From the NCBI RefSeq assembly GCF_963921235.1, contig NC_086098.1:2914001-2978000 (forward strand): 64,000 nt of DNA. The letters are read 5' to 3'. The position numbers and the translations under genes are program-made. This DNA comes from Mobula hypostoma. Lineage: Eukaryota. Position 1 is the stretch's first letter, and each line of letters starts with the position of its first letter. Positions 11,200 through 24,840 of this stretch are shown piece by piece. Under the pieces are notes generated by a model that did not search any database, was not told where the DNA came from, and worked only from the letters and a program-made list of their open reading frames with translations.

Positions 11200-12660
11200 G
11201 ATCTACCAACACAACCGATCGACAGATGTCGCAACAGCCACTGCTCTACATACCGTCCTTACACATCTGGAGAAGGATGCTTATGTGAGAATGCTGTTCT
11301 TAGACTATAATTCCCTCCAGGCTCGACAAGAACTCAGAGCCCTCAGCCTTCACCCTGTCTTGTGTAGCTGAATCCAGGACTTCCTGTCAGATTGCTGGCA
11401 GGCAGTAAGAGTGGGCTCCCTCATCCCTGCCTCTCTGACCCTCAACACAGGTGCCCGTCAGGGCTGTGTTCTAAGCCCCCTCCTTGACTCTCTGTATACC
11501 CATAACTGTGTCATCACCCACAGCTCCAATCTGCTAATTAAATTGCTGATGACACTACACTGTTTGGTCGAATCTCAAATAATAATGAGGCAGCCTACAG
11601 AGAAGTCATCACCCTGACACAGTGGTGTCAAGAAAACAACCTCTCCCTCAATGTCACAAAAACGAAGGAGCTAGTTGTGGACGACAGGAGGAATGGAGAC
11701 GGGCTAACCTCTATTGACATCAATGGATCTGGGGTTGAGAGGGTGAACAGCTTTAGGTTCCTCAGCATAAACATCACCGAGGATCTCACGTGGTCTGTAT
11801 ACAGCGGCTGTGTGGTGCAAAAGGCACAACAGCGCCTCTTTCACCTCAGACAGTTGAAGAAGTTTGGTATGGGTCCCCAGGTTCTAAGAACTTTCTATAG
11901 GGGCACGATTGAAAGCATACTGACTAGCTGCATCACTGCCTGGTATAGCAGGGAGTTTCTCCCTTTTGTTGCCTGCTATCGGGGTCTCGGGTGTCGATTG
12001 ACTCAGGGACTTTAAGACTATTTTTACCCTGCCCATGATTTGTTCTTCATCAAATTATGGTATTGCTTTGCAGTGCTGTAACTATATGTTATAATTACGT
12101 GGTTCTGTCAGTGTTAGTCTTTGGTCTGTGCTGTTTTTCTGTGATATCACTCTGGAGAAACATTGTATCATTTCTTAATGCATGTATGCATTTCTAAATG
12201 ACAATAAAGGAGGACTGAGTGTTCTCATAATCTAAACTGTACTTCCTTCAATCGCAGGACTCTACAGAGAGTAGTGCGGACAGCCCAGCACATCTCTACT
12301 TGTGAAATTCCCACAGGACATTTACAAAGACAGGTGTGTAAAAAGGCCCGAAGGATCATTGGGGACCCAAGTCACTCCAACCACAAACTGTTCCAGCTAC
12401 TACCATCCGGGAAACAGTACCGCAGCATAAAACCCAGTACCAACAGGCTCCGGGACAGCTTCTTCCACCAGGCCATCAGACTGATTAGTTCATGCTGACA
12501 CAACTGTATTTCTATGTTATATTGACCTTCCTGTTGTACATTCTATTTATTATAAATTACTATAATTGCACGTTACACATTGAGATGGAGATGTAAAGAT
12601 TTTTACTCCTCATGTATATGAAGGGTGTAAATAATATAGTCAATCCAATTCAATTCAATT
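11200..12660 (+). mobile_element. Rex1/Babar LINE, RT to 3' end, decayed
   Basis: LNTGARQGCVLSPLL, VERVNSFRFL, KAQQRLFHLRQLKKFG, LLPSGKQYRSI..RLRDSFF; (CAATT)n tail. Confidence 0.9.
11948..12234 (+). mobile_element. 5'-truncated copy of the 680-bp retroposon inserted in the Rex1 element
   Basis: Near-identical to 8098-8382; interrupts the CITAWY..NCT motif. Confidence 0.88.
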
Positions 12661-13349
12661 CATTAAAGCATGCAGACATGGTCAAGAGGTTCAGTTGTTG
12701 TTCAGGCCAAACATCAGAATGGGGAAGAAATGTGATCTAAGTGACTTTGACCGTGGAATGATTGTCGGTGCCGGATGAGGTGGTTTGAGTATCTCAGAAA
12801 CTGCTGATCTGAGATTTTCATGCACAACTGTCTCTAGAGTTCACAAAAAGAAATCCAGTGAGTGGCAGTTCTGTGGATGAAAATGTCCTGTTAATGAGGG
12901 AGATCAGAGGAGAATGGCCAGACTGGTTCAAGCTGACAGGAAGGTGATAGGAAGGTAACTCTAATAACCACATGTTACAGACAGCATCTATGAATGCACA
13001 AAATGTCGATCCATGAAGTGGATGGGTGACAGCAACAGTGACCATGAACATACACTCACTGGCCACGTTAGCAGATGTAGGAGTTACCTAATATTAAGTG
13101 CCCACTGAGTTACTGAAAAATATGGTTTAGTAAGACCATGTTAAACCACAGGAAGAAAGATCCTCCCATCATGTGACTAGTATTGGGTTCACTTTTTTAG
13201 AATATTTTAACCTTTTAAACATTTTAACCTTTTATGTTAGCCAACTGATTGAAAGTGGAAGGCAATTCTAACTCTATGAAGATGACGATGAATGGGTTAG
13301 TTTAAGTTAGTTCATTATTAGGGGGACTGATGGCTTGAATAGAATGAGT

Positions 13350-14760
13350 TGAAAGTTCAAAGTAAATTTAGTACATATATGTCACTACGTATAATCCTGA
13401 TGATTCCTTTTCTTATAGGCATTCACAGTTGACAAAGAAACACAAGAGAATCAATGAATATCTATAAAGACTGTCAAACAATCAATGCACAAAAGAAAAC
13501 AAACTCTGCAGATACGAGAAAACTAATAATAATAATAATAATAATAAATTCTTAAGTAAGCAGCTGAGAACATGAGTTGTTAAGTCCTTGAAAGTGAGTG
13601 CATAGTGCTGAAAACAGTTCAGTGTCGTGATGAGTGAAGGAGCCTGATGGTGGAGAGGTGATAACTGTTCCTGAACCTGGTGATGTGGGACCTATCCAAC
13701 TGCAGCAGTGAGAAGAGAACATGGCCTGAATTCTAGGATTCCTTGGTGATCAATGCTGATTATGGATTATTGATGAGTTTTATATCTCATCAACAATCTC
13801 CTCATTTTAGCAGACATAAAATAGACATTCAGAACTTCTTCATGCAGGGATGGATACCTTTGGAATTATCCCTAATTCCAATGCCCTTTCTCAGAAATTT
13901 GATGGCAAAAGGAAGAAGCTGTTCCTAAAACATTGAGTGTGTGTCTTCTGGCTCCTGTACCTCCTCCCCGATGATAGCAATAAGAAGAGAACAGTCCTAG
14001 GTGATGGGTATCTTTAATAATGGATACCATGTTATTGAGGCATCACCTTGTCAAGATGTCCTAGATCCTGGGGAGGCTAGTTTCCCATGGTGGAGCTGGC
14101 TGAGTTTACAACTTTCTGCATCTCTTTCCAATCCTGTGCAATGTCCCCTCCATACCAGACAGTGATGCAACCAGTTAGAATGCTCCCTATCCCATTAGAA
14201 TGCTTCCAAATCTGTAGAAATTTGTGAGAGTCTTTGGTGACATAGCAATTCTCCTCAAGTCCCTAATGAAATATAGCCCCTGTTGTGCCTTCTTTGTAAT
14301 AGCATCAATATGCTGGGCCTAGGGTAGATGATCAGAGACATTGACACCAGAAACCCTTTACCCTTCTGATCCCTTGATGAGCACTGCTGTGGGTTTTCTC
14401 GTCCTACCCTTTCTGAATTCCTTGGTCTTACTGACATTGAGTGTAAGGTTGCTGCTGTGACACCTCTCAACTAACAGATATATCTCACTCCTACATGTCC
14501 TCCCATCCCCACCTGAAATTTTGCCAACAACTTGTCATCAGCAAATTTATAGATGGTGTTTGAGATATGCCTAGCCACACAGTGGAGAGCCAGTAAGATT
14601 GTGTCTGTCGTAGACCTATTGTGGCAACAGGCACATTGCAGTGGGTCCAGGCCACTGCTTAGGCAGGGGTTGATTTTAGCCACGTCCATCTTTATCACAG
14701 TTGAAGCGAGTGCCATAGGGGATAGTCGTTGAGGCAGTTACCCCTGGCTCTTCTTGGACA
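13350..14760 (-). mobile_element. Several decayed Rex1/Babar fragments
   Basis: Minus LDPLQCAC.HNRSTTD, IYKFADD; typical 3' UTR pieces. Confidence 0.7.
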
Positions 14761-15958
14761 CTATTAAAGAAATGAATGTATATGAGAATAGAGCATGCCA
14801 CTGGGATGGACTTAGGAAATCAAAAATTCAAGATTTGGAAGTATATTTATTATCAAGGAATATATACAACTTTGACATTTGTTTTTTTACAAGTAACCAC
14901 AAAGCAAGAAACCCGCAAGTATCCAATTTAAAAAAAAATAAAGATCAATAAGCAATGTGCAGAGAAAGGGGAAAGAAAAGAGAAATCATACAAACAATAG
15001 AAGCGTGCAACAACATACCGAACCAAAATAGGTCCTTAGATCTGAACCCTGGAGCAGCCTGGAGTAGGCACAACCTCGGTATCAGCACATCATGGTAGCA
15101 GCTGGGAGCAGTCTTCATAGCCTCAGTGTCGTAGAGAGAGAGAGAGGTGTGAACATCGAGGGACGGCGAGCAAAATCAGCTCTCCTCTCCCATCCCAGCA
15201 TCCTGTTTTTCCAGTATATTGCTTAAATTGTCAAATCAGTTGTGACCTTTTAAATTAGGAAGTGATAGAGTTCAGCTATATAAGTCAGACATGATGGAAT
15301 AGCAGATCAGACTCGATGGACCTAAGAGCCAAATTCTGCTCCAATGTCTTATGATCTAATACGATGTCCCAAACTTTGATGTATGGTATAGGACCAAATG
15401 ACTGCCTACTCCTATCCCTTATGTTCTTATGTTCCTCTGCCATTTCAATCGAAACTGATTTAATGCAGGGCACAAGAAGAAAGTAGCAGCAATCTTGTAG
15501 GTTCTTTGACAGGTCAGCAAGATTAAAGTTAACCTCTCAATTCAAGTGGCAGTCCGATTTTCTGCAATATGACAATTTCTACTTTATGTGTGGAGGTGAA
15601 CAATTTTGACTAAATGAGTCCTGGGATGCCAATGTCATTAGAACTGGACAGTGCAAAGACTGAAATTTCAAACAGAATTCTTCACAAAATACCAGAATCT
15701 TTCCCGGTAAGTATATGTTGCAAATGTCACTCCACTCCTTAAGAAGGAAAAAGAAAGGAAATTATAGGCCTAACCTCAGCATTGGGGAAGTGTTGGATTC
15801 TATTATTGAGGATGAGGTTTCAGGGTGCTTGGAGACTAATGATACATTAAATCAAAGTCATCATGGTTTCTGTAAAAGGAAATCTTGCCTGACATATCTG
15901 TTAGAGATCTTCGAGGAAGTAACAAGCATGGTGGACAGAGGAGAGGCCGTGGATGTCA

Positions 15959-17305
15959 CTCACTCAGTCTTACTTCAGTGGTTGGTAAGTTGATGGAGAA
16001 GATCCTGAGAGGCAGGATTTATGAACATTTGGAGAGGCATTATATGATTGGGAATAGTCAGCATGGCTTTGCCAAAGGCAGGTCATGCCTAAGAAGTCTG
16101 ATTGAAATTTTTGAGGATGTGACTAAACATATCGATGAAGGTAGAGCAGTGGATGTAGTGTATATGGATTTCAGGAAGGCATTTGATAAGGTACCCCATT
16201 CAAGGCTTATTGAGAAAGTAAGGAGGCATGGAATTCAAGGGGACATTGCTTTGTGGATCCAGAACTGGCTTGCCCACAGAAGGCAAAGAGTGGTTGTAGA
16301 TGGGTCATATTCTGCATGGAGGTCAGTGACCAGTGGTGTACCTCAGGGATCTGTTCTGGGACCCCTTCTCTTCGTAATTTTTATAAATGTCCTTGGTGAG
16401 GAAGTGGAGGGATGGTTAGTAAATTTGCAGATGACACAAAGGTTGGGGGTGTTGTGGATAGTGCGGAGGGCTGTCAGAGGTTACAGCAGGACATTACTAA
16501 GATGCAAAACTGGGTTGAGAAGTGGCAGATGGAGTTCAACCCGGATAAGTGTGAGGTGGTTCATTTTGGTAGGTCAAATATGATGGCAGAATATAGTATT
16601 AATGGTAAGACTCTGCAGTGTGGAGGATCAGAGCGATCTTGGGGTCTGAGTCCATAGGACACTCAAAATCACAATGAAGGTACATTGGCCTTCATCAACC
16701 GTGGGATTGAGTTTAAGAGCCGAGAGGTAATGTTACAGCTATATAGGACCCTGGTCAGACTCCACTTGGAGTTCTGTGCTCAGTTCTGGTCACCTCACAG
16801 CAGGAAGGACATGGAAACCATAGAAAGGGTGCAGAGGAGATTTACAAGGATGTTACCTGGATTGGGGAGAATGCCTTATGAGAATAGGTTGTGTGAACTT
16901 GGCCTTTTCTCCTTGGAGCGACGGAGGATGAGAGGTGACCTGATAGAGGTGTACAAGATGATGAGAAGCATTGATCGTGTGGATAGTCAGAGGCTTTTCC
17001 CCAGGACTGAAATGGCTAGCACGAGAGGGCATAGTTTTAGGGTGCTTTGAAGTAGGTACAGAGGAGATGTGAGGGGTAAGTTTTTACACAGAGAGTGGTG
17101 AGTGTGTGGAATGGGCTGCCGGCGGCGGTGGTGGAGGCGGAAACAATAGGGTCTTTTTAGAGACTCCCGGAAAGGTACATGGAGCTGAGAATAATAGAGG
17201 GCTGCGGGTAATCCTAGGTAGTTCTAAGGTTAGGACATGTTCAGCACAGCTTTGTGGGCCGAAGGGCCTGTGTTGTGCTGTAGGTTTTTAATTCTATGTT
17301 TCTAT
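15959..17305 (+). mobile_element. Younger CR1 LINE (RT to 3' tail)
   Basis: [54 protein letters not shown]; same subfamily as 1-1180. Confidence 0.95.
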
Positions 17306-17839
17306 TTACTTGGATTTTCAGAGGGCATTTGATAAGGTGCTACACCTGAGGCTACTTAACAAAATAAAATCCTATGGAATTTCAGGAAAGATACTGGTAT
17401 GGATAGAGGAATGCTGACAGGCAGGAGGCTGTGAATGGGAATAAAAGGGGCCTTTTCTGATTGGCTGCCTGTGACTAGTGGTGTTCCTCAGTGGTCAGTA
17501 TTGGGACTGCTATTTTTCACATTGGTTATCAATGCTTTAAATAATGGAATTGATGGCTCTGTGGCAAAGTTTGTGGATGATACGAAGATAGGTGGATGGG
17601 TAGATAGTGCTGAGGAAGTAATGTGATTGTAGCAGGGGTTAGACAATTGGGAGAATCGGCAAAAAAGGAGCAGATGAAAGTAGTATTGGGAAATGTAAGG
17701 TAATCCAGTTGGTAAAAGGAATAATAGTACAAACTATTATCTAAATGAGGAGAAAATTCAAGCATTAGAGGTGCAAAGGGATTTTCAGGTCCTCATTCAA
17801 AACTGCCAGAAGATTAATTTATAGTTTGAGTCTGTGGTA

Positions 17840-18351
17840 ATAGTCATAGTCATAGTCATACTTTATTGATCCCGGGGGAAATTGGTTTTCGTTACAGTTG
17901 CACCATAAATAATAAATAGTAATAGAACCATAAATAGTTAAATAGTAATATGTAAATTATGCCAGTAAATTATGAAGTAAGTCCAGGACCAGCCTATTGG
18001 CTCAGGGTGTCTGACCCTCCAAGGGAGGAGTTGTAAAGTTTGATGGCCACAGGCAGGAATGACTTCCTATGACACTCTGTGTTGCATCTCAGTGGAATGA
18101 GTCTCTGGCTGAATGTACTCCTGTGCCCACCCAGTACATTATGTAGTGGATGGGAGACATTGACCAAGATAGCATGCAACTTAGACAGCATCCTCTTTTC
18201 AGACACCACCATGAGAGAGTCCAGTTCCATCCCCACAACATCACTGACCTTACAAATGAGTTTGTTGATTCTGTTGGTGTCTGCTACCCTCAGCATGCTG
18301 CCCCAGCACACAACAGCAAACATGATCGCACTGGCCACCACAGATTCGTAG
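17840..18351 (-). mobile_element. Rex1/Babar LINE 3' end, distinct subfamily
   Basis: Open frame FYESVVASAIMFAVVCWG..HPLH..RKSFLPVAIKLYN; (ATGACT)3 tail. Confidence 0.88.
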
Positions 18352-18658
18352 AACAAAGGCAAATGCAATGTTGGCATTTATTTCAAGGGGAATAGAATAT
18401 AAAAGCAAGGAGATAATGCTGAGGCTTTATAAGACACTAGTCAGTCTACACTTGGAGTATTGTCTAGAGGATTGGGCCCCATATCTCAGAAAGGATGTGT
18501 TGTCATTGGAGAGAATCCAGAGGAGGTTCACAAGGATGATTCCAGGGGAAAAAGGGTTAAAATCTGAGGAGTGTTTGGCAGCTTTGGGCCTGTACTCACT
18601 GTAACGTAGAAGAACGCTGGGGGATCTCATTGAAACCTACTGAATGTGAAAGGACTAA

Positions 18659-19370
18659 AGGCTGATTTATACTTGTGCATCAAATCGATGCCATAGGTAT
18701 GGCGTAGCCGCGAACCCTACACTGTACTCTATGCAAACCCTATGCCGTAGCCTAACACGCACCTCTCCCAAAATATAATTACGCATTGCAGCAACGCAGA
18801 CCAAAGCAACTGTGATTGGTCCACTTGGTAGCAACTCTGGCTGCAACTCTTTCCATAAAGCTTTACAGACCTCTGAAATTATGGAAGACACATTTCGCTT
18901 TTACGAAAGACCTACATTAGTACCTGTTTTCATTAACCAAAAGAGGATTTTCGCTTTTACAGAAAAAGACATTCACTTTAAACTTGTTTACCCCGAGAAA
19001 GACTACCATGACCATGAAACCTTGCATGGGCAGGTGTGTGCGTGTGCGTGTACGTGCCGATTTTTTTTCGACAAATCGACTTTGGCTCAAAATTCCCGAT
19101 TCTGTTAAGTGACACTACACTGTGCATACAGAAAATTCACTCTCATTCAGTTTCAGTCACCATTGTTTGAAGTTTGAGTTTCTTCGTGTTGAGTTTCAAC
19201 ACGAAGAAACTCAACACAGTGGCATAGAAACCCCAATGCCAACTAGTGTTTTGGCGGTGAATTGCAGAGCAACGCAGACACACCAATGCACAAGTATAAA
19301 TGCTCACAATGGCGTAGACCACTTGCATAGGCTACAGCGTAAGCTAGTGCGCATAAGTATAAATCAGCCT
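18659..19370. mobile_element. PIF/Harbinger-type non-autonomous DNA transposon
   Basis: TIRs AGGCTGATTTATACTT / AAGTATAAATCAGCCT flanked by TAA and TTA; interrupts CR1. Confidence 0.8.
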
Positions 19371-19969
19371 TTAATAGGGTGGATGTGGAGAGGATGTTTC
19401 CTATGGTGGGGGTATCCAGAACTAGAGGGCACAGCCTCAAAATTGAGGGGTGACCTTTTAAAACAGAAGTAAGGAGTTTTAGCCAGAGTAGTGAATCTGT
19501 GGAATGCTCTGCCACAGACTGCAGTGGAGGCCGAGTTCATGGGTATATTTAAAGTGGAAGTAGATTGTTTCCTGATCGGTCAGGGCATGAAAGGACATGG
19601 CGAGAAGGCAGGTTTGTGGGGTTGTGTGGGATCCGGGTTCGGGTATGATGCAGTAGCAGAGGAGACTCGATTAGTTGAATGGCCTAATTCTGCTCCATTG
19701 TCTTATGGTCTTAAATTTATCTAACTTATAATATTATCTATCATCAAGGCAGCATTCCATAGTCAAAAATAAAGGATTTATTTAATTTCTATTTTAAAAA
19801 AATTACAATGGCTACACATAATCACAAAGCTTTAGTGATACTCAAGGAACTGAAGAGTAGATTTTTAAAAATTTTAACTCCATTCAATACATCTTTACAT
19901 GAAGGTTTTTCAATTCTAAACAGCACTACAATATTTTTTAGTTTCATTTCAATTCTTGTTGCAATCCTC

Positions 19970-20225
19970 ATTGAAAGGTGAAATGTTTAAGGGGAACCTG
20001 AGGGGGAACTTCTTCACTCAGAGGGTGTTGAGAGTGTGAAATGAGCTGTCGGTGCAAGTGGTGAATATGGGTTCTATTTCAAATTTAAAAAGAAATTTGG
20101 ATAGGTACATGAATGGGAAAGATATGGAGGGTTATGGTCCAGGTACAGGTCAGTGGGCTTAGAGAGATAAATAGTCTAGGTAGGCCAAAGGCCTGTTTCT
20201 GTGCTGTCATTTTCTATGACTCTGT
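19970..20225 (+). mobile_element. CR1 3' end
   Basis: KGEMFKGNLRGNFFTQRVLRV..LDRYM plus 3' UTR. Confidence 0.85.
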
Positions 20226-20304
20226 GGCTCCTACTGACTAAAAATAAGGTATTACAGCGTAACATAGTTTAGGGTTGATTTTGACATGTTAATAATTTGT
20301 CTGG

Positions 20305-20645
20305 GTGTCAGGGTGGAGATATATGCCTCTACCAAAGGAGATGTAAGTCACTCCTTCCCTCTGCTAGCCTGCAGGTCACCCTTGGACAAGGTGTAGCACC
20401 TGCTTAGCACCCCCGCCCCGCCTGATTGGGGTCATGATAAAGAATGGGAGCAGGTGGTAGTTGGAACAAGTCCTTGTTATGCGACCACTGACGCCAGGCG
20501 GACAATCTTTGATAATGGCTGGGGTCACCTGTCTTGTAAAGACACTGCCCAGTGGCAAACCTCTTCTGTAGAAAAATTTGCCAAGAACAATCATGGTCAA
20601 GACTACGATCGCTCCCGTCATGTGAGAGAGCACTAACGAATGAAC
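20305..20645 (+). mobile_element. Probable RTE-associated SINE
   Basis: GGCAAACCTCTTCTGTAGAAAAATTTGCCAAGAACAATCATGG resembles the BovB/RTE-SINE motif; (ACGAATGA) tail. Confidence 0.55.
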
Positions 20646-20934
20646 GAATTGGTATGCACATAACAATTGTTATCCAATTGATTGAAAGTGGAAAGGATAG
20701 AATTCTAATCCCCTTGCTCCCCTTGTTGACTTGTTTCTGAAATGCAGGCACAATTGAGTGAAGTGAGTGACATAGTCAAACAGCATTACACAAATGCAGA
20801 CTTAATGATGGCAAAGGGCAAAGACTGACATTTGGCTTCTACTGATAATGTTCCTGGAACTAGTGAAGCAGTTCAGAGACAATCATATGCGTAAGGCTGG
20901 AGTTACTGTGCAGTCTGGGTGATGGAGACAGACA

Positions 20935-23270
20935 GAAAACATAGAACATGACAGCACGGTACAGGCCTTTTGGCCAGTAATACTGCACCAATCTTTTACT
21001 GAGATCAACATAGCCCTCCATTTCTCTATCATCCCTGTGCTTCTCTGAGTTTCATAAATGCCCTTAGTGTATTGTCTCCATCAGCACCCCTGACAGGGCG
21101 TGCCACCCACCCATCACTCTCCGTGTCAGAAACCTACCTCTTATACCCCCCTATACTTTCCTTCGATCACCTTGAAATTATACCATTTGGTATTTATCAT
21201 TTTCACACTGGGAAAAAGTCTCTGGCTGTCCACACGATCTATGCCTCTTATCATCTTGTACACACTATCAAGTCACCTCTCATCCTCCCTCGTTCCAATG
21301 AGAAAAGCCCTAGCTCACTCAACCTCTCCTCACAAGACATTTCCTTTCCTGAAAGACGTTAGTGAGCCAGATGGGTATTTATAACAATGTGACATGGTGA
21401 GGACGAGGTGATGGGTGGAAATTAGAGAAGAATTGACAGGGTAGTTGTTGCGCTTGGCCCGCTTTCAGTCTCTGCGTGTGCCGGAACCAGGTGGCCTGAA
21501 GATCATCTGGGATTGGATTGTGGGCATCATCTACATATTCAGGACAAGCTGCCAGTGCGTTGCACCTCTCCAGGCAGCTTGTCAGACAAGAATAATCAAC
21601 TTTCGGCTGCCTGCCTCGTGACTAACACTCTCCTGCTCATCCTGGTTTACAGAAAGTTTTAATTTCAGAAAAAAAAAACACATTTAAATGGCACTTGCCA
21701 TGAGTTGGCAGCCACAGAGACGACTGGAGAATCCCACCACCTGTCTCAGGCTCCACCAATTTTCAACAGACTCCATTCACCAGGTATTTTACCCTCCTAA
21801 TTAACATATGCAAGGAGCTACCAGGAACATCCAAAAATTTGGCATCTGAGAGCAGAAGAGTGCTATGTACAAAAGGAATGGAGACCAGTGGACGACTGAA
21901 CTGATGTGCTTTTTGCTTTGACTATAAGACCATAAAACACAGGAGCAGAATTAGACCATTCAGCCCATCAAGTCTGCTCCACCATTCCATCATGGCTGAT
22001 TTATTATCCTCCTCAACCCCATTCTCCTGCCTTCTCCCTGAAACATTTGACGTCCTGATTAATCAAGAACCTTTCAACTCTGCCTTAGATACGCCAAATG
22101 ACTTGGCCTGCACAGCCATTTGAGACAACGGATTCCACAGATTCACCACCCTCTGCATAAAGAAATTTTGCTTCACCTCTGTTCTGAGGCCAAGGCTCCC
22201 CAACTATAGGAAACATCCTCTCCACATCCAATCTATATGGACCGTTCAATATTTGATAGGTTTCTCTGAGATCACTCTTCATTCTTAACTCTTCATCTCT
22301 TCAAATGTGTTGGCTCAAGAAGGTGGTATCCAACATTAAAGACCCTTACATCCAGGACATGGCCTCTTTTCATCGCTATCATCACGGAGGAGGTACAGAG
22401 GCCTAAAGACCCACACTCACTGTTTTAGGAAAAGCTTCTTCCCCTTTGCGATCAAATTTCCGAACAGTCTATGAGCCCATGAAAATTATCTCTCTATTTT
22501 GCTATAATAATTTTTAAAAATGTGTTATTGTAACTTACAAACAAATTCGTATTAGGTATTGCACTTTACTGCTGTTGCAAAACTACATATTTCACAACAT
22601 ATGCCAGGGGTAATAAACCTGATTCTGATTGGAGATGAGCAGACTACTAAACTACTACTAAAAGGTGATTGGAGGAAATTATAGGGGGGGATGTCAAAGG
22701 TAGTTTTTTTGCATACAGAGATTGGTGAGTGCATGGAACACCCTGCCAGGAGTGGTGGTAGAGGCATATACATTAGGAACTTCTAAAGGACTCTTGGATA
22801 GGCACATGGCTGATAGGAAAATAGAGGGCTATGTAGGAGGGAAGGGTTACACTGACCTCAGAGCAGGTTAAAAGTTCGGACAACATTGTAGGACGAAGAG
22901 CCTGCACTGTGTTGTAATGTTTTCTGTTTTACTACAACTGCAATTGGAATTGTAGAATGTGGTCTAATTTCTGACCTGAGATGTATAAGGCAGAGAGTTA
23001 TGGATCTTATGGGTACATCCTCCACCATTCATTTATTTAGATACAGTGCAGAACAGGCCATTCTGGCCAACGAGTTGCACCACCCAACAACCCACCTACT
23101 TAACGCCAGTTTAATCACTGGACAATTTACAATGACCAGTTAATCAACTAACTGCCATGTCTTTAGTCTGTGGGAGGAAACCGGAGCACTGGGAGGAAAC
23201 CCACACGGCTAATGGGGAGAAGATACAAACACTGGAATTGAACTCCAGACTCCAGAAAGCCCTGAGCTGT
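20935..23270. repeat. Cluster of short fragments: CR1 3' ends (20935-21345 -, 21925-22290 -, 22660-22930 +), Rex1 3' end (22310-22630 +), SINE (23035-23270 -)
   Basis: Motifs shared with longer copies in the window; 21350-21920 looks unique. Confidence 0.7.
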
Positions 23271-24840
23271 TATTTATAGCAGGAGATCTCACCTCGCTGG
23301 AAACCAATGTGATCGCATCAGAAAATTTTCTGAAAAAATTAGGAACTGATATTTGGGTAATGGTCGATCCCTACCCACTTTGTGCTGGAGAATGGAACTG
23401 AAGATAGCATGCAATGGACAGGAGTGAGTTACTTGTCGCAAGAATGACATGCTGCAAGTATCGTTTAGTTCAGCCAGTGTGGCCTTTGGGAAGAGCTAGC
23501 AGCTTTTTCTGATGGATTGAGTTTGAACATTTTTGTTTACACATTAGCTTGACATTTAAAAGAATCTTGCTCAAATCCTTCTTCCACTTTATCTTGTTTA
23601 TAACAGGTAGAGGACAAATCGTATTGATTGAGTAAAAGATGAGGCATCATCCCAAAGTAGGAGCAAGTTAAGTTCATGGCTCAACACTCAAGGTAAAGTA
23701 AGCACTGGGATAACAGATGCTGGGGTTCGAAGGTCACTATAAAACATATTTTGAAGTATCCTGTGAAAGCTCGTGAATTTTCTGCAGTCAAATATTATTT
23801 TTATTGGTATGAGGCTTTTTGAAAGAAAACCAGATTTGTATTTTACTGCGGAGAGAGAACATTGACTTTTTATTTTGGAACATAATAAGATAATTTGGAA
23901 GTGTAGGACGAAGACTGAAATAAATCAATATTTATTTTGATATATCGAGAGCAATTGGGCTTGTATGAATACTTCATTTTCTATTGCTGGGCTGAATGTT
24001 TATTATTTATTTTTTGCGTTTGCACAGTTTGTCTTTTTGCCCATTGGTTATTTGTCAACCATTGTGTGTAGTTTTTCATTGATTCTATTCTAATTCTCTG
24101 CTCCACTGCAAAATGGCTGCAAAAAAACTGAATCTCAAGGTAGTCTGCGGTGATAGATATTTACTTGAACTTTGAATGTTTTACTTTCAATTCGCCACAC
24201 CTAGTCCAGCGAGCCTTCCTACTGGAGATCAACAGCACAAGCAGTGGTGAAACACCTTCATGTTACATTCCTATCAACACATCAGGAAAACCTGTCCTAT
24301 CTTCTGCATAAGCTACCCAGTGCCTTATGAGGAAAGGTTAAGTGAGCTCGGGCTTTTCTCTTTGGCAAAGGAGGATGAGAGGTGACTTGATAGAGGTGTA
24401 CAAGATGATAAGATGCATATTTTGCAGCCTGGGGAAAAGTACACACTCAGGACAACAAATACTTTCTCGGGTTTTAATTCCTTTATCTGTTTTAGATGTT
24501 TTAGTGCCGGAAGAGGGTCTCAAAACAGAACAAATGAATTTACAACTAGTTCTTACCGTTACAATCTCAGTTTAACTTTCGATCCACACCCTTGTGTATG
24601 GACGAATTGCGTATGCAGTATAAAAATGCATAAAGCAAACCGCACAAAACTAATATAAAACTAATACAAAACTAATACAGAATGAATATGGTAGTGGCAA
24701 TTCTGAAGGAACACAATACAAACAACATTAGAATCCCACCAACCCTGTACCTTATACATAGCATTGAAAATGTAAGTGAATACATCTCATCTATGTCGTC
24801 TACTCCCTTTCAGTATGCATGTGCTTAACTCCCAATGGTG

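Larger units (their letters stand above)
11133..13110 (+). mobile_element. Tc1-like non-autonomous element split by a LINE (arms 11133-11198 and 12661-13110)
   Basis: Left end ACACTCAG..AATATCTAATCAACCAATCGTGTGGC; resumes CATGCAGACATGGTCAAGAGG; right TIR AAGTGCCCACTGAGT. Confidence 0.8.
15716..19712 (+). mobile_element. Old CR1 LINE (RT to 3' end) hosting three younger insertions
   Basis: [19 protein letters not shown] (to ~15958) resumes as YLDFQRAFDKV at ~17306; SGVPQWSVLG, KFVDDTK; 3' UTR to TCTTATGGTCTTA. Confidence 0.88.

Noticed and set aside
15675..15713. Micro-exon candidate ending CCG|GTAAGT
   Set aside because: Weak acceptor and unrecognised peptide; expected by chance.
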